Shown one piece after another: positions 25,566 to 38,940 of a stretch of DNA of 54,188 bases (positions within the stretch are counted from its first letter, which is position 1; each line of letters opens with the position of its first letter). The DNA is from Octopus sinensis (Eukaryota). A model generated the notes under the pieces. It was given only the letters and a program-made list of their open reading frames with translations, was not told the origin of the DNA and made no database searches. The stretch lies in the NCBI RefSeq assembly GCF_006345805.1, contig NW_021833823.1, positions 1 to 54,188 on the forward strand, given 5' to 3'. A program made the translations under genes and the position numbers.

Positions 25566-25760
25566 GGCAGCGAGCTGGCAGAAACGTTAGAGGCATTTCG
25601 TCCGTCTTTACGTTCTGAGTTCAAATGCCGCCGAGGTCGACTTTACATTTCATCGTTTCGGGGTCGATAAATTAAGTACCATTTGAGTACTGAGGTCAAT
25701 CTAATCGACTGGCCCACCCTCCCCCAAAATTTCGGTCCTTGTGTCTAGAGTAGAAAAGAT
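25566..25760 (+). mobile_element. SINE family A, alternative tail
   Basis: gcgagctggcagaaacgttag...gttcaaatgccgccgaggtcgac. Confidence 0.8.
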
Positions 25761-26200
25761 AGTGGTGATCGTGGTACTGGTTGTTGATGTTGGTTGTAAA
25801 GGTAGTAGTACTCATGGTCCTATTGTTGGCAAAGTCGATGGAGGTTTGTAATGGCGATGGTTGTAGGTGTATTGCTGTCGGTGATGGCGAAGGTAGAGGC
25901 GAGATATCAGTGGTGACGCTATTGGTATAAGCAAAAGCTGCGTTGGTTTCAATGGTGTTGGTGATAATGGTAATGACGTTTAATGGCACTTGTAGACACT
26001 GCAATGGTGATCATGACATTCGTAAGTGATACAAGGCTGTCTCAGCCATGTTTTCCAGCTTGCTGTTAAGCCTGAATTGTCTTAGACAGGACACTTTGTC
26101 CAGCGTCTTTTCCATTCGCGCAAACACTTCGCATCATGAGAAACACTATTGTCTCTTTCTTATTCATCAAGATTTTACATTGTTGAGTTAATTTCCTTGC

Positions 26201-26412
26201 TTACTCTTTTACTCTTTTACTTGTTTCAGTCATTTGACTGCTGCCATGCTGGAGCACCGCCTTTAGTCGAGCAAATCGACGCCGGTACTTATTCTTTGTA
26301 AGCCCAGTACTTATTCTATCGGTCTCTTTTGCCGAACCGCTAAGTGACGGGGACGTAAACACACCAGCATCGGTTGTCAAGCAATGCTAGGGGGGACAAA
26401 CACAGACACACA

Positions 26413-26445
<33 letters not shown>

Positions 26446-26608
26446 CATATATACGACAGGCTTCTTTCAGTTTCCGTCTACCAAATCCACTCACAAGGCA
26501 TTGGTCGGCCCGGGGCTATAGCAGAAGACAGTTGCCCAAGGTGCCACGCAGTGGGACTGAACCCGGAACCATGTGGTTGGTTAGCAAGCTACTTACCACA
26601 CAGCCACT
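26201..26608 (-). mobile_element. SINE family B
   Basis: Homologous to 13838-14235. Confidence 0.85.
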
Positions 26609-28061
26609 AAATTTAAATTAAATTATACTAATTGCATCGGCCAAATCTTATTCGTAAATCGTAGAGAATATAAAAATATGTCGACTGAACACACGGGTTT
26701 GTGTGGACTGTACAATGTTGCACTATACTGAAGAGGTCCAAGAGACTGAAACAAGCTCTTAGATGGCCTATAATTTAAAGCAAAGTGCGATGATTTTCTT
26801 GCGATTATTGATATAAAATTTAAGAGAATAATCTCTTAATATCTTGAAATTATTCCCCTTTTTATGGATTTAGTTGATAATAATTGCCATTAGCGTTTCT
26901 TTTTCTTTTTCCTCCTAATACAGAAATTTTTATCAATCAAACTTTTATTGCGTACGAACGACATCAAGTATAGAGCCACTTAACTTGTTTTTACAGACAG
27001 GTAGTCTGTGTAGACGACGTAGAGACAGACAGGACAAAGGCAAACAGACATTTATGTTTTTATGTTGTTTAATGTTTGTTTTATTTCTTCGCGAATCTGT
27101 GTTAAATGAGACAATTGAAATGCTGTCATTAATATGTCTGTCTGCGTGTATGACTGTAGGTTAAAACAACTTTGAAAGTACTGGCAGCTGTCTATCAGAC
27201 TAACATGGAAGACAGAGTCTTTCGTAGGTTTTGTTGTTCTTAGGCTTTGGATAAATAATTCTTACAATGGTCAAAGCAGGTGAGGAGGGAGGTGGTGATG
27301 GAGGCGCAACAAGCGGCCGGAATACACACACACACAACACACCACACACACACATAAATATATGTATATATATACTCAAGCACATCTCTCTCTCTCCATA
27401 TGTGTGTGTGTCTGTGTGTGGGAGTGTGTCTGAATAAGGAGATCGAAAGGGAGAAAAAGAAAAACAAAAGAAGAAAAAGAAGTGATAGAAATGTAAGAGG
27501 AAACAAAGAGGAGAAGGAGAAGTGAGGGAGAGAAAAGGGGAGAAAAGAAGAAAGTGTGTCAACGAAGCAAAAGGAGTGAAAAATGTAGGATTGAAAAAAC
27601 AGATTGCATACAAAGAGATAGAGACAGAGAGAAACAGATCAAACAGTGAGACAGACAGACAGACAGAGTGGGAGAAGAGCCTGTATCACTGTGTGTATGC
27701 ATTTGCACGCATGCTCATGTGTGTGTGTGTGTGTGCGAGTGCGTGCGAATGATCAAACCATTGAAATACGAATTTTGCCAAGAGTGTGGTTCAAGTTTAT
27801 ATAATTACCGCTGATCTTCACCCACCCCAGCCACTTGCCACCGCGCCCTTACGTCTCCACCATTTTGAAATGAAGTCTAAGTTATTCTTTCTTGTTTTTT
27901 TCAATCATTCTTTACTTCGTAGCATTCGTTGGATAAACTTATACTTGCTTCGCAATTACACACACATCAAACACATGCACACACACGCACACGCACTCAC
28001 ATACACACACATACGCACGCATGCACGCACGAAGAAGTATACACACATACATACACACATG

Positions 28062-28960
28062 CAAGCAATATCTACCGTTCAACACATGCCACCCCAGACA
28101 CGCTAGAATGAATATCCCTTTCAACCTAGCAAAAACGATTTGTACTGTAGTTCCTAATACAAGCACCAGAGACACACGACTACATGAACAAAAGGATACA
28201 CTCATCACCAGAAAGTACCCACATTTACTAATTGATATATGCTTTCAACGTGCCCTACAACTCAACATCCACGAACTCAGACATCCCAAATTAAAGAATG
28301 ATTTACAACCAAAAGCCCTACCTTATATCTCCACACACAACCCCCTTAATAATGAAACCTTCGACATCATCCGCCAAAACATTCCTCTACTAAAAGGGGA
28401 CCACAGAATGAATTTAATCCTCCTAATGCACTCAATCATATAGAGCAAAAGACAACCCTAATCTATGAAAAGTCTCCTAACACAAGCACGAATAAGCTTA
28501 ACAACAACACTGAAGCCGACAGTAAAAAAATGCTCAAGACCTAACTGGTATATGCTTCAACCTAATAGAAGGATCAGAGTTCTCTTTCAAACAGGGTCAA
28601 CGTTTCACAGTGAAAAGCAACTTTCACATGTGCCTCGGAGAACCTGATATATGTATTACCTGCTCTGGGTGTCGAGAGAAATGCATAGGTCAAACCAAAA
28701 ACGCCTACAAAAACGCAAACAAAAAAGCCTACGTAAAAAGATGGCTCTGCACAGACCCCAGATCAAAATTCCGAAAAACAGAAAAATAGCATTCAGCGAA
28801 CACATCGACATTTGCGCCAATAACAGACAATCCAGCTTCATAATTTCCCTCCTCTATCAATTCAGGGACAATACAACCTGTATTCAGCGCATTAGTAAAG
28901 AGTCATTCTTTATTACAAAATCTAAACCCCCTTTTGAATGCAGCCACCACAAATGACACT
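28062..28960 (+). pseudogene. PLE remnant 1: RT thumb/linker and GIY-YIG endonuclease
   Basis: QYLPFNTCHPRH..NIPFNLA (PLE RT C-terminus), LPYISTHNP, SKRQP, NLIYV/ITCSGCREKCIGQT (GIY-YIG), SEHID; frameshifted. Confidence 0.88.
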
Positions 28961-29192
28961 ATCACCAGGACCTTAGAATAACACCCACGCAAGTATTGAA
29001 AACGATATATTCAAAACAGTCACTCCACGTGAAATTATTTAGAACAATTCCAACCACTACTATTACAACTACAACGGTTAACTTTTAGGGCACTTGACCA
29101 TTTAAGAGGATTCCACCAACATCTTGCTACTGTCACACCACTCTCGCATTCTTCTTCTCCTTCTTCTTCTTCTTCTTCTTCTTTTTTCTTTA

Positions 29193-30620
29193 ATGATTAC
29201 TTAATTTCTTAAGTAATCATCCTGAATCAAATAAAAACCCGTTAATATCCAGCATAGTGGAAAATGATATCAAATCTGTAATGTAATGAAAAAATATTTA
29301 CGGAACATGCAGATTATTACAACATGGCTCTAGCCAAAGCTGGATACAAGAGACAAGATAAAATACCATCCACCTAATGATAAAATTATAACTGACTGAA
29401 TTAATTATACGACAGAAACTAAAACTGAAAAGTTTGCTAATTCAATCAAAGCTAAACCTATAAGTAAAAACAAACGTAGAATTAGTAAATCATCTGATAA
29501 TAAACTATTAAGTGGTAATAATAATAAACTCGAAATAAGTAAACATCACACTCGAGATAGAAAACACAAAATAAAAAATAAAAAAACTAACATTAAATTA
29601 TCTCATAAACGTAATATAAATACTAAACAACAGATAAATAATTATAATTATTCTTATAGAGATAAACATGTAAATAATAAATCGAATTATAATAATAAAC
29701 TGTTAACTCTCCCGGAAACTCATATCGTTGATAATATACGTAGTACTCGTAATACAAAAAAAGTACTATATACCCCTTCCATTACTAAATCAGAAATAGA
29801 CCATAAATTCTCTAAAAATAATTCTGAAGAACCTAATACGATTTGGTTTATTATCTGCTATGCAAATTAAAAATAATTTAATCAAATCTATATACAAGTC
29901 TATTTATAAGCATTTTAACAATGATAATAAATTTAGTGAAATTATTAATAATAAACATATCAAAGTCGGCTTTAGTTTAACTCATAATCTATTTATGATT
30001 TTATCATCTTTTACCAATAAAAAATTAGATAGTTTTTACAGAAACAAAAATATCCACTACAAAAATTCACCTCAAAACCAACGTAACCTGAAAACCTAAA
30101 TAGAAATGTTAAGGGCCATAAATATATTAATGAGAGAAGGGAAATAACCCATATTACACCCTTTGTAATGATACTTCGAATGACATATATAGGGGTGTAA
30201 CTGAAAATTGTGACTGTAAAGTTAAAATTAATTGTAAATTTAAAAATCTATGTAAGAAAGATAACTTAGTCAACCAATGTGTAGATGAATCTCAGGGAAA
30301 GAAACTATTATACAGAATCAACAGAAAATAGAATTAAGATTAGAGTGGCTAACCACAAACAGCTATAAAATAGACAAAAGGTAGATTCTACTAGATTAAG
30401 TAAGTTTATATGGGAATTAAAGGAAAATAGCATTGAATATAATATTAAAGGGAAATTTGTGAGTTTTGCACACTCATACAAAATCTCCAAAAAAAAGAAA
30501 AAAGAATAATGGATGTGGGCTGTGTACTGCAGAAGCATATAGAATCCTTATATCTAGATAAAATTTACTGAAGTTAAAAAGGGAAAAGAAATGTAACTTG
30601 CCTTCATTCAGCGATATATG
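29193..30620 (+). pseudogene. PLE remnant 2 (different family): thumb, Cys-rich linker and GIY-YIG region
   Basis: SNHPE, CNEKIFTEHADYYNMALAKAGYK, NTIWFI, IIN..HIKVGFS, CDCK..NC, YTESTEN.IKIRVANHK, STRLSKFIWELKEN, GLCTAE. Confidence 0.8.
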
Positions 30621-31243
30621 TTTTCTCTAAGTATATTAAAGTTTATCTTTATAGCATAGGGTAACTTCATACTTATAGCATAGGGTAATATTAAACTATG
30701 TAATATACTATACCTATAATATTCCCTAACATATTACTGAAAATGTGTCGTAGTTATATCTATAAACAATAATTGAGATAGATACTGTTGATTACACCAC
30801 GTAAGATACATGATATATTCGACGTTAGTACCTTAAATTAACAACTAAAATTCTAACAATGACCTAAACAATAATTATTAATAATCATTAGATATTTTAC
30901 TGAGATTAACTTCATCACCACCTTTTGATTAGATATTGTAGCTATTTCTATCAACATTAATTAGATGACATAACATAACAAATTCATATCTATAAATATC
31001 ACAACAGTCTATCTGAATTTATAGCTAACTGAATATTTATAACACTTATCTTACAATACATAATATTTTTGGCTTATTATCTTAAGGTAAAATTTATTTC
31101 ATACTATAATTCACAATACTTATTAATTAAATAATGTAGATGAACTAAATTCCCATATATTGATAATATCCTGGAATTCTTTCTATAACCTACATTTTTG
31201 ATAACGTAATGCACAAGATTTCTATCTATCAAGAATGTAAACA

Positions 31244-31279
<36 letters not shown>

Positions 31280-31625
31280 ATCGTACCGATATATGGTAGA
31301 TAATTATCTCTGCTTATTTTATGTAAATGTATTTCAGAGAAGCATTAGTTAAATCACACTTAAATATAAATAAATGCTACCGAACTAAAGGTTATAATGC
31401 GTGTATGTGTGTATAGCTGTATGAATTATGTACTTACATATATGCGTGTATTTGCGTATCTGTTTATTTATGTATACATATGTGTGTACATACGAGCATG
31501 TATGCCTATATAATATATATTATATATATATATAATATATATATTATATATATATATAAATTTATATTATATTGAGGGTACTAATATTCGTAGATACCAC
31601 ACGCTAAGAGGGACCAATGCGGTCA

Positions 31626-31661
<36 letters not shown>

Positions 31662-33492
31662 TGTTTGTATATATATGTATATGTATATATATTTGTATGA
31701 CTGCATGTATGTATGTATGTATGTATGTATGTTTGTATGTATGTATGTATGTATGTATGTATGTATGTATGTATGTATGTATGTGTATATAATATAATAT
31801 ATATATATATATGTGTGTGTGTGTATGTATGTGTACATATATGTATATATGTATATATATATCTAATAAATCTTTGAGCGAAGTATAAACACTAGCAGCA
31901 CGAGAACGTGAAGTATATTTGCCACCTAAATGAGACTAACCCTTAAGGGTCGATGCTGCTGTATCTTGTAGCCCCAGGAAGACACACACACACACACATA
32001 CACACACACATACACACACACACACACGCACATATGCATGTATATAAACTTGCTTGAAAATGGATGCGTGATGTATGCATGCGATTTTTACTGTGAGCCT
32101 TTTATTGCCATATAATTCGAAACACGCATATTTTGTGAAACCGCTATGATTTTCTGAAAAGCTTAACCACATGTAAACTAATTTAAATTTATCCAACCAA
32201 TGGGCACTGATCAGTAGATAGAGTCTGTTATATTCTTTTTTGTTTTATTTTTGTTTTACTTTCATTTATTCATTTACTTTATTCTCATCTTATTTATTTG
32301 ATTTTTTATACCTTTTATTTTAATTTCTATGCATTTAATTTTATATTACTTTCATTTTATTCCACCTCATTACTTATTTTATTTCTTATTATATTCAAAT
32401 TAAACCGTTATCTCTCACGCACACACATAACTAAAAATAAAATAGCTTCATATACTTCGTCTGACTGCATGAAATAAGAAATCAACATGTAATCTTTTAT
32501 TGTATATCGTTTTCCCTGATCATAAAAGATATAACTTATAGTAATTTCTCAATAACTTATAGTAATTTAATTAAAAAAGTATAATTGAAACAGCTGTAGG
32601 AAGTATGAAGTATCATTTTCTTAAGAAATGATTATTAACTTTCAACTCCCCATTTTCCTTTCTGCTATTAAGCAAAAACAGATTATATCCATAATATATA
32701 CCTACTGATTTAGGGAAATTTTATTTCCTAAAAATATAGTCCGCATAGAACCAATGTTTTCTTGGATGTAATGATCCTTTTATAAGGTTAATTTATCCTC
32801 TATTTAACTTATATATATATATATATAACCTCAATATTAGCACCATGCGCTGTTTAGGCATAAGCAAACATTGGATTAGTTAAAATATGTTTGAAATATT
32901 TCGTCTGCTAAGAGGCAAATTCGCTGCAGTTACCGCAGAGAAAAATTCTCTCCTATGGTAACAAGGTATAAAAACAGCATATCTGCGCAGAGTCACCACC
33001 TATCGGATTCCCAGACGTTGATGTTACTAGGTTTTTAGTCGTTATCAATGGGAATTACCTAAGAGAGACAACTCTGGACAAACCTTATCAAAGACACAGC
33101 TTTAACTATGATAAAGTCAACAACGTCAACTGATTTGCTCCAGTAGATCACCGCAGTCGTGGAAATCACCGTAATATCAGCGTCAAGCAATATTCAGGTA
33201 TAAGCAAACTTCATGTTAGCTAAAATGTTTAACACAATCTGACGGAAAGGGATTGAGAGAGACGAAATACCAAATCAAGAGATTATGTGTCAAGGTAAGG
33301 ATATTTTATCGCGTGTGCATGTGCGTCTCTGCCTGACTGTGCATACATGTGTGTGTGTGTGGGTACGTATATATGATATATGATACACACACACACACAC
33401 ACACACACACAAATATATATATATATACATCTATTGTTATCTGAGTCTCTTTCCTCTCTCTTTCTTTCTGTCTGTCCTATCGCTCTCTCTCT

Positions 33493-33523
<31 letters not shown>

Positions 33524-33573
33524 TATATATATATATATATATAATATATTATATATATATACATACATATATA

Positions 33574-33623
<50 letters not shown>

Positions 33624-34049
33624 ACCCGCTCACAGAATATACACATTACTGACATCTACGGTAGAAAGTGTGAGTTCTTTTGGAAAAAAACATCTGTTTG
33701 TAATACAGCCTCACAACAGTGATTCCTGACACGTGTGGAGATCTTAACGTAAAAAATAAAACGGAAGAAGAAAAACCAATTTAGAAGAATACAAAATAGT
33801 GCGTTAAGAGATGGGATAAGCGGGGAAAAGTTATTCCGCCTTATAGATTTAGTCAAAGGTTTTAAAGTACAGGGGAATGCTTTTGATTCCTACTACAATG
33901 CTCTCTCATTCATTCTCTCTAACTCTGCCTGTCTGTTCGTCAGTGTGTCTGTCTCTCTTTCACACACAAACACACACACACACACATACACACACACACA
34001 CACAACGCACACATACATATGCACACTAACGAACACGCAAATGTAAACA

Positions 34050-34213
34050 CGTACCGGCGTGGATTTGTGGTAAGAATTTTTGTTTCTCAACAGTATGGTT
34101 CGGTGTTTGGTCTGATTGCTTGGCACCTTTGAAAAGAGTCTTCAACTGCAGCCTTCAGACCGAACACACCCTTGTTTGTGCATTTGGTAGACGGAAAACT
34201 GAAAGAAAACCCG

Positions 34214-34269
<56 letters not shown>

Positions 34270-34320
34270 TATATATGGTGGTGGCCCCAGCATGGCCACA
34301 GCTCGTGAGCTGAAACTAGA
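34050..34320 (+). mobile_element. Degenerate SINE family B
   Basis: ttggtagacggaaactgaaagaaacccgtcg..(TA)n..ccccagcatggccacagc. Confidence 0.65.
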
Positions 34321-34528
34321 TAAATTTTAAAAAAATATATACATATTTAAAATATAAAATATAAAACCACTATTATGCAACTCAAATAGTGATAGACATA
34401 AACCAATACATAAATAAATAATATATATTTTTATAAAACATATAACTTATAACTATCTCAAAAAGTATAAAGGAATGATCAATATATATATGTATTATAT
34501 ATATATTATATATATATATATATATACA

Positions 34529-34701
34529 TGTTGTGTTCTTGAGCAAGACACTTTATTTTACGTTGCTCCAGTTCACTCAGCTGTAGAAATGAGTTGTGAT
34601 ATCACTGGTGCCAATCTGTATCGGTCTTTGCCTTTCCCTTTGGATAACACTGGTGGCGTGAAATGGGGTGGGTATGCATGGTAGACTGTTGGTCTTCCAT
34701 G
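34529..34701 (+). mobile_element. SINE family D fragment
   Basis: Matches ~7225-7380. Confidence 0.7.
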
Positions 34702-34733
34702 TACGTATTAATGCGTGTATGTATGTATGTATA

Positions 34734-35638
34734 TATTGGGTCATCCCATAAATAATGCGTTTGTTAATACTTTATTTTATTTTTTATTTTTCAAAATCAA
34801 AATAAGCAAAGTTCTCTTTTAATCTAAAACATACTTTCCTTCATTTTCTACAATGCTCTTCGGTCTATCTGGGAGACTTGCAAGGCCCCCTCTTCCCAAA
34901 TCCACTTGTTCGCGATGAAAAATACTCTTCCAGTACTGTTCTGACCTCGTCTGCAGAATTCATATCTTTTCCGTCCAAATGATTTGGAAGACTGCGGAAT
35001 AAATGTTAATCAGAAGGGGCAATGTCCAGTAGATATGGTAAGTGGGGCATCGTCTCCTATACAAGATTTTCCAGCCTTTGGAATGTCATCCTCGCTGTAT
35101 GTGGCCGAACATTACCCTGATGGGAGAATGCATTTCGTCTTGAAACGATACATGGTAGTTTATCTTCTAGTGTAGTTGGCGATGAATGGTTGAAGGACGA
35201 AATCCAAGCTTCTCTGCTAGGTACTCAAGAGTTCCGATGGGATTTGTTTCTAACAGGGATTGCAGGACGTCCCCGTCGAGCTCTACAGATCTTTCAGGAC
35301 GGCTGTAGTTTCCGGCTCGGAATTTCTGAAATGACCGTTGACACGGGACTTACGCATATTTTCCGATCACCATATAATGCATTAATATTCCTCGCACTTT
35401 TCTTTGCGTTGTTGGCTTTATTCAACTTATAAAACAAAATATGCCGAATATACTCCTTTGTCACTTCCAATATAGCTTTGAAAAATGATTATTAAAATCG
35501 AACTGCAAACTTCAAAACTTGCACTAAGAATATGTCAAGGTAAAATTACTACATGCTTTTATAGAAATTGATGCAAGTAGTTTACGCCGCACCCTCCGAC
35601 TTCATGCAAAACCGCTTTATTTATGGGATGACCCAATA
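34734..35638 (-). mobile_element. Mariner non-autonomous deletion derivative with both TIRs
   Basis: TIRs tattgggtcatcccataaataa / ttatttatgggatgacccaata with flanking TA; minus-strand FQKFRAGNYS, NVRPHTA, PYLLDIAPSD (YSPDLAPSD), GKY remnants. Confidence 0.9.
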
Positions 35639-35818
35639 TATATATGTATGTGTATATATTTACATATATATATATATATATGTGTACATATATATATATA
35701 CATATATATATACACCGAGTAAACACATAAATGTAAAACAAGGTGGAAAAAAGAGTACTCAAATACCAGGGGTAGAGTAATATGCTTTATTTCAAAGCAG
35801 CAGAAAATTCAACAAAAC

Positions 35819-35856
35819 CTGTTACTCTGAGTTTCACGTTACCGTTCGTCGGACAG
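35819..35856 (-). ncRNA. Minimal type I hammerhead-like motif (U4C core)
   Basis: CUGU-CCGACGA-ACG GUAA CGU-GAAA-CUCAGAGUA-ACAG. Confidence 0.6.
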
Positions 35857-35902
35857 TTTTTGCTAGAATAGAATTGGCATATCGGTTCTATTCTAGCAAA
35901 AA

Positions 35903-35942
35903 CTGTCCGACGAACAGGAACGTGTGAAACTCAGAGTAACAG
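35903..35942 (+). ncRNA. Minimal type I hammerhead-like motif (U4C core), altered stem II
   Basis: ctgt ccgacga aca ggaacg tgt gaaa ctcagagta acag. Confidence 0.55.
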
Positions 35943-36116
35943 GTTTTGTTGAATTTTCTGCTGCTTTGAAAAAATATATATATATGTTTTAGATTAAAAG
36001 AGAACTTTGCTTATTATATTATATATATATATTAATATTATTATATATATATATATATATATCATATATACATATACATATACATATATATCATGTAAAT
36101 GCGTATATAATTTATA

Positions 36117-36178
<62 letters not shown>

Positions 36179-36580
36179 ATACGTATATATATTTATACAT
36201 ATATATGTATCAATACGTGTGTCTTTATGTCTGTGTTTGTCCCCCGCCACGACTTGACAACCTGCGTTGGTATGTTTACGTACCTGTAACCAAGCGGTTC
36301 AGTCGAATAAGTCCAAATTATAATAATGTAGTAATTTGTGTGTGCGTGCCATTAATTTCTTATTGATATGTATGTATGAATGTGTATCCGTGTTTAGAGT
36401 CATGAGTCTCTCCACAAGATGGCATCCTAGTTTGTATGTGTGTTGTGTTGCATGTGGATACGTCTATGAAAATTGAATTTTGAGTTATATTCGTATAGAC
36501 TTTATAAGAATATATCATTAAATTTAATTATTTTATTTCACACACACACACATAAACTAGGAGAAGTTAAAATTAGCCGC

Positions 36581-36838
36581 GTCACACACGCCTTCTGCGC
36601 ATGCATGCTTACTGATGGTTACGACTGTGGTCACGTGATAGAAGTAATGGTGAACCGGTTCACCATTACCATCTCTCAGATCATTGATTTTTGTTCCTCT
36701 TTGGTGCACATTGCTAATGGTGCGGCCATACTTGCACCGTAAAATCAGAAAGAAAAATGACGCGATCAGGCTCAAACTTCGATCACGTGACCACAATAGT
36801 ACCTACTATAAGTACACATGCGCAGAAGGCAATGTGAC
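36581..36838. mobile_element. MITE-like element with ~60-bp imperfect TIRs
   Basis: gtcaca..gccttctgcgcatg..tgtggtcacgtgat versus atcacgtgaccaca..catgcgcagaaggc..tgtgac. Confidence 0.65.
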
Positions 36839-37109
36839 AATAATCAAGATATACTATGACGAAAGTGCGAATTATTTTTGATCTATACACACACACACAC
36901 ACATATATGCATGCACGCACACACACACACATACATAAACATGCATGCACACACATGCACACACCCGCACATACACACATGAACATATACATGCAAACAC
37001 AGACACACACATGTAGAGCAAATTTTGTTACAGATACTTTCTTGAATATTACGTCCGGGCTTTTACCTTTGTTTACCAAGATGATTTCGTGTTTCACCTT
37101 TTTATGGCT

Positions 37110-37490
37110 GTAGAGTACGGAGTTTGCTTGCCAACTACAAGGTTCCGAGTTCAGTCCCACTCAGCGGCACCTGTGGCAAGTGTTTTCCGCTATCGCCTTG
37201 TGAATGGATTTAATAGACGGAACTGAAACAAGTCTCTAGTGTATCTATTTCTCTGCCTATATCCATATGTGTGTGGGCAGGGGGTTGCCTTTATGTTTGT
37301 ATCCGTCAACACACACTTCTTGACAACCGGTGTTGGTTTGTTTACGTCCCCTTAACTTAGCGGTTGAGAAAAAGAAGCCGATAGATTAAGTACTAGGCTT
37401 TAAAAGAATTAATTAGTGCTGGGATCAATTTGTACGAGAGAAATCCTTCAATTTGCTCCAGCATGACCATAGTCTATTGGGTAAAACAAG
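37110..37490 (+). mobile_element. Degenerate SINE family B
   Basis: ggttccgagttcagtcccac...cttgacaaccggtgttgg...ctccagcatgacc. Confidence 0.65.
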
Positions 37491-37523
37491 TTAAATGTAA
37501 CAGTTATTTTCATATTTTTTGTA

Positions 37524-38014
37524 TTTAATCGACCCCGAAAAGATGAAAGGCAAAGTCGACATCGGCGGAATTTGAACTCAGAACGTAGCGGCAGACGAAA
37601 TACCTATTTCTTTACTACCCACAAGGGGCTACATACAGAGAGGACAAACAAGGATAGACAAACGGATTAAGTCGATTATATCGACCCCAGTGCATAACTG
37701 GTACTTAATTTATCGACCTCAAAAGGATGAAAGGCAAAGCCGACTTTGGCGGAATTTGAACTCAGAACGTAGTGGCAGACGAAATACCTATTTCTTTACT
37801 ACCCACAAGGGGCTACACACAGAGAGGACAAACAAGGACAGACAAACGGATTAAGTCGATTATATCGACCCCAGTGCGTAATTGGTACTTATTTAGTCGA
37901 CCCAGAAAGGATGAAAGACAAAGTCGACCTCGGCGGAATTTGAACTCAGAACGTAGCGGCAGACGAAATACCGCTAAGCATTTCGCCCGGCGTGCTAACG
38001 ATTCTGCCAGTTCG
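37524..38014 (-). mobile_element. Tandem multimer of SINE family A (184-bp period, ~2.7 units)
   Basis: gaaag(g/a)caaag anchors at 37545, 37729 and 37913. Confidence 0.9.
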
Positions 38015-38394
38015 GCAATAACAATAAAAATAACGATTTAAAAATTGCTTCTTTTTCCTTGTCCTCAGTAAGGTTTCATCTCCAGGGGTCTTTTTATTCT
38101 GCTTTTATTGTTGTTCCTTTTTGTCCTAGGTGGGGGTTAAATTCTACATTCTCATGTAACTGTTGTTAAATGAAATTCTTCCAGCAGCTGTTGCACTATA
38201 TCAGTTTAGATCCGTATGGATTTGTCTGTAGAGAACCATTTTCTGAGCAGCTTTCATCACTCTAAAAGGTTCTTCATCTGTATACATCTGTACAGAATGG
38301 AAAGCCAGTCACTCGTCACCTTCTTATTAGTATTGGAGATATCCTTTTAGACGAATCGTTTATTTACCATTTTTGATACGGTTGTTCTTAGCCA

Positions 38395-38730
38395 TGATGT
38401 TGTTGTTGTTGTTGCTGTTGTTGTTATTCGTGTATCATGGTAATATTTTCCTGCTCTAGTTCTTAATGATATAGATGTTGATGCTGTTGCTGCTACTGCT
38501 GTTGTTGTTGTTGTTGCAAGTGCTGTAATAGTTGTTGTAGTTCATCATCATCATCAGCAGCAGCAGCATCTTCTTCTTCTTCTTCTTCATCTTCTTCTTC
38601 TTCTTCTTCTTCTTTTTCTTTCTTTTTCTTTCTTTCTTTTCTTCTTCTTCTTTCTTCTTCTTCTTCTTCTTCTTCTTCTTCTTCTTCTTCTTCTTCTTCT
38701 TCTTCTTCTTCTTCTTCTTCTTCTTCTTTC
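38395..38730. repeat. (GTT)/(CTT)n microsatellites
   Basis: Directly visible. Confidence 0.9.
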
Positions 38731-38837
38731 TTTTCCTCTTATTATTCCTGTTTTTCTTCTGTTTCTTCTATTCTTCCTTCTTTTCCTCCAGGTTTCTCAA
38801 GTTCACGTCGTACACATGTTCGAGCATCTGGTAGCAG

Positions 38838-38897
<60 letters not shown>

Positions 38898-38905
38898 ACA
38901 CACAC

Positions 38906-38940
<35 letters not shown>

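Larger units (their letters stand above)
35790..35971. repeat. Fold-back inverted repeat (~85-bp arms, 12-nt loop) with an HHR motif in each arm
   Basis: Arms 35790-35873 and 35886-35971 are near-perfect complements. Confidence 0.9.

Noticed and set aside
33144-33300. Plus-strand mini-exon (DHRSRGNHRNISVKQYS) and ATGTGTCAAG|gtaagg donor
   Set aside because: Splice-like motifs alone are common by chance; no consistent gene model
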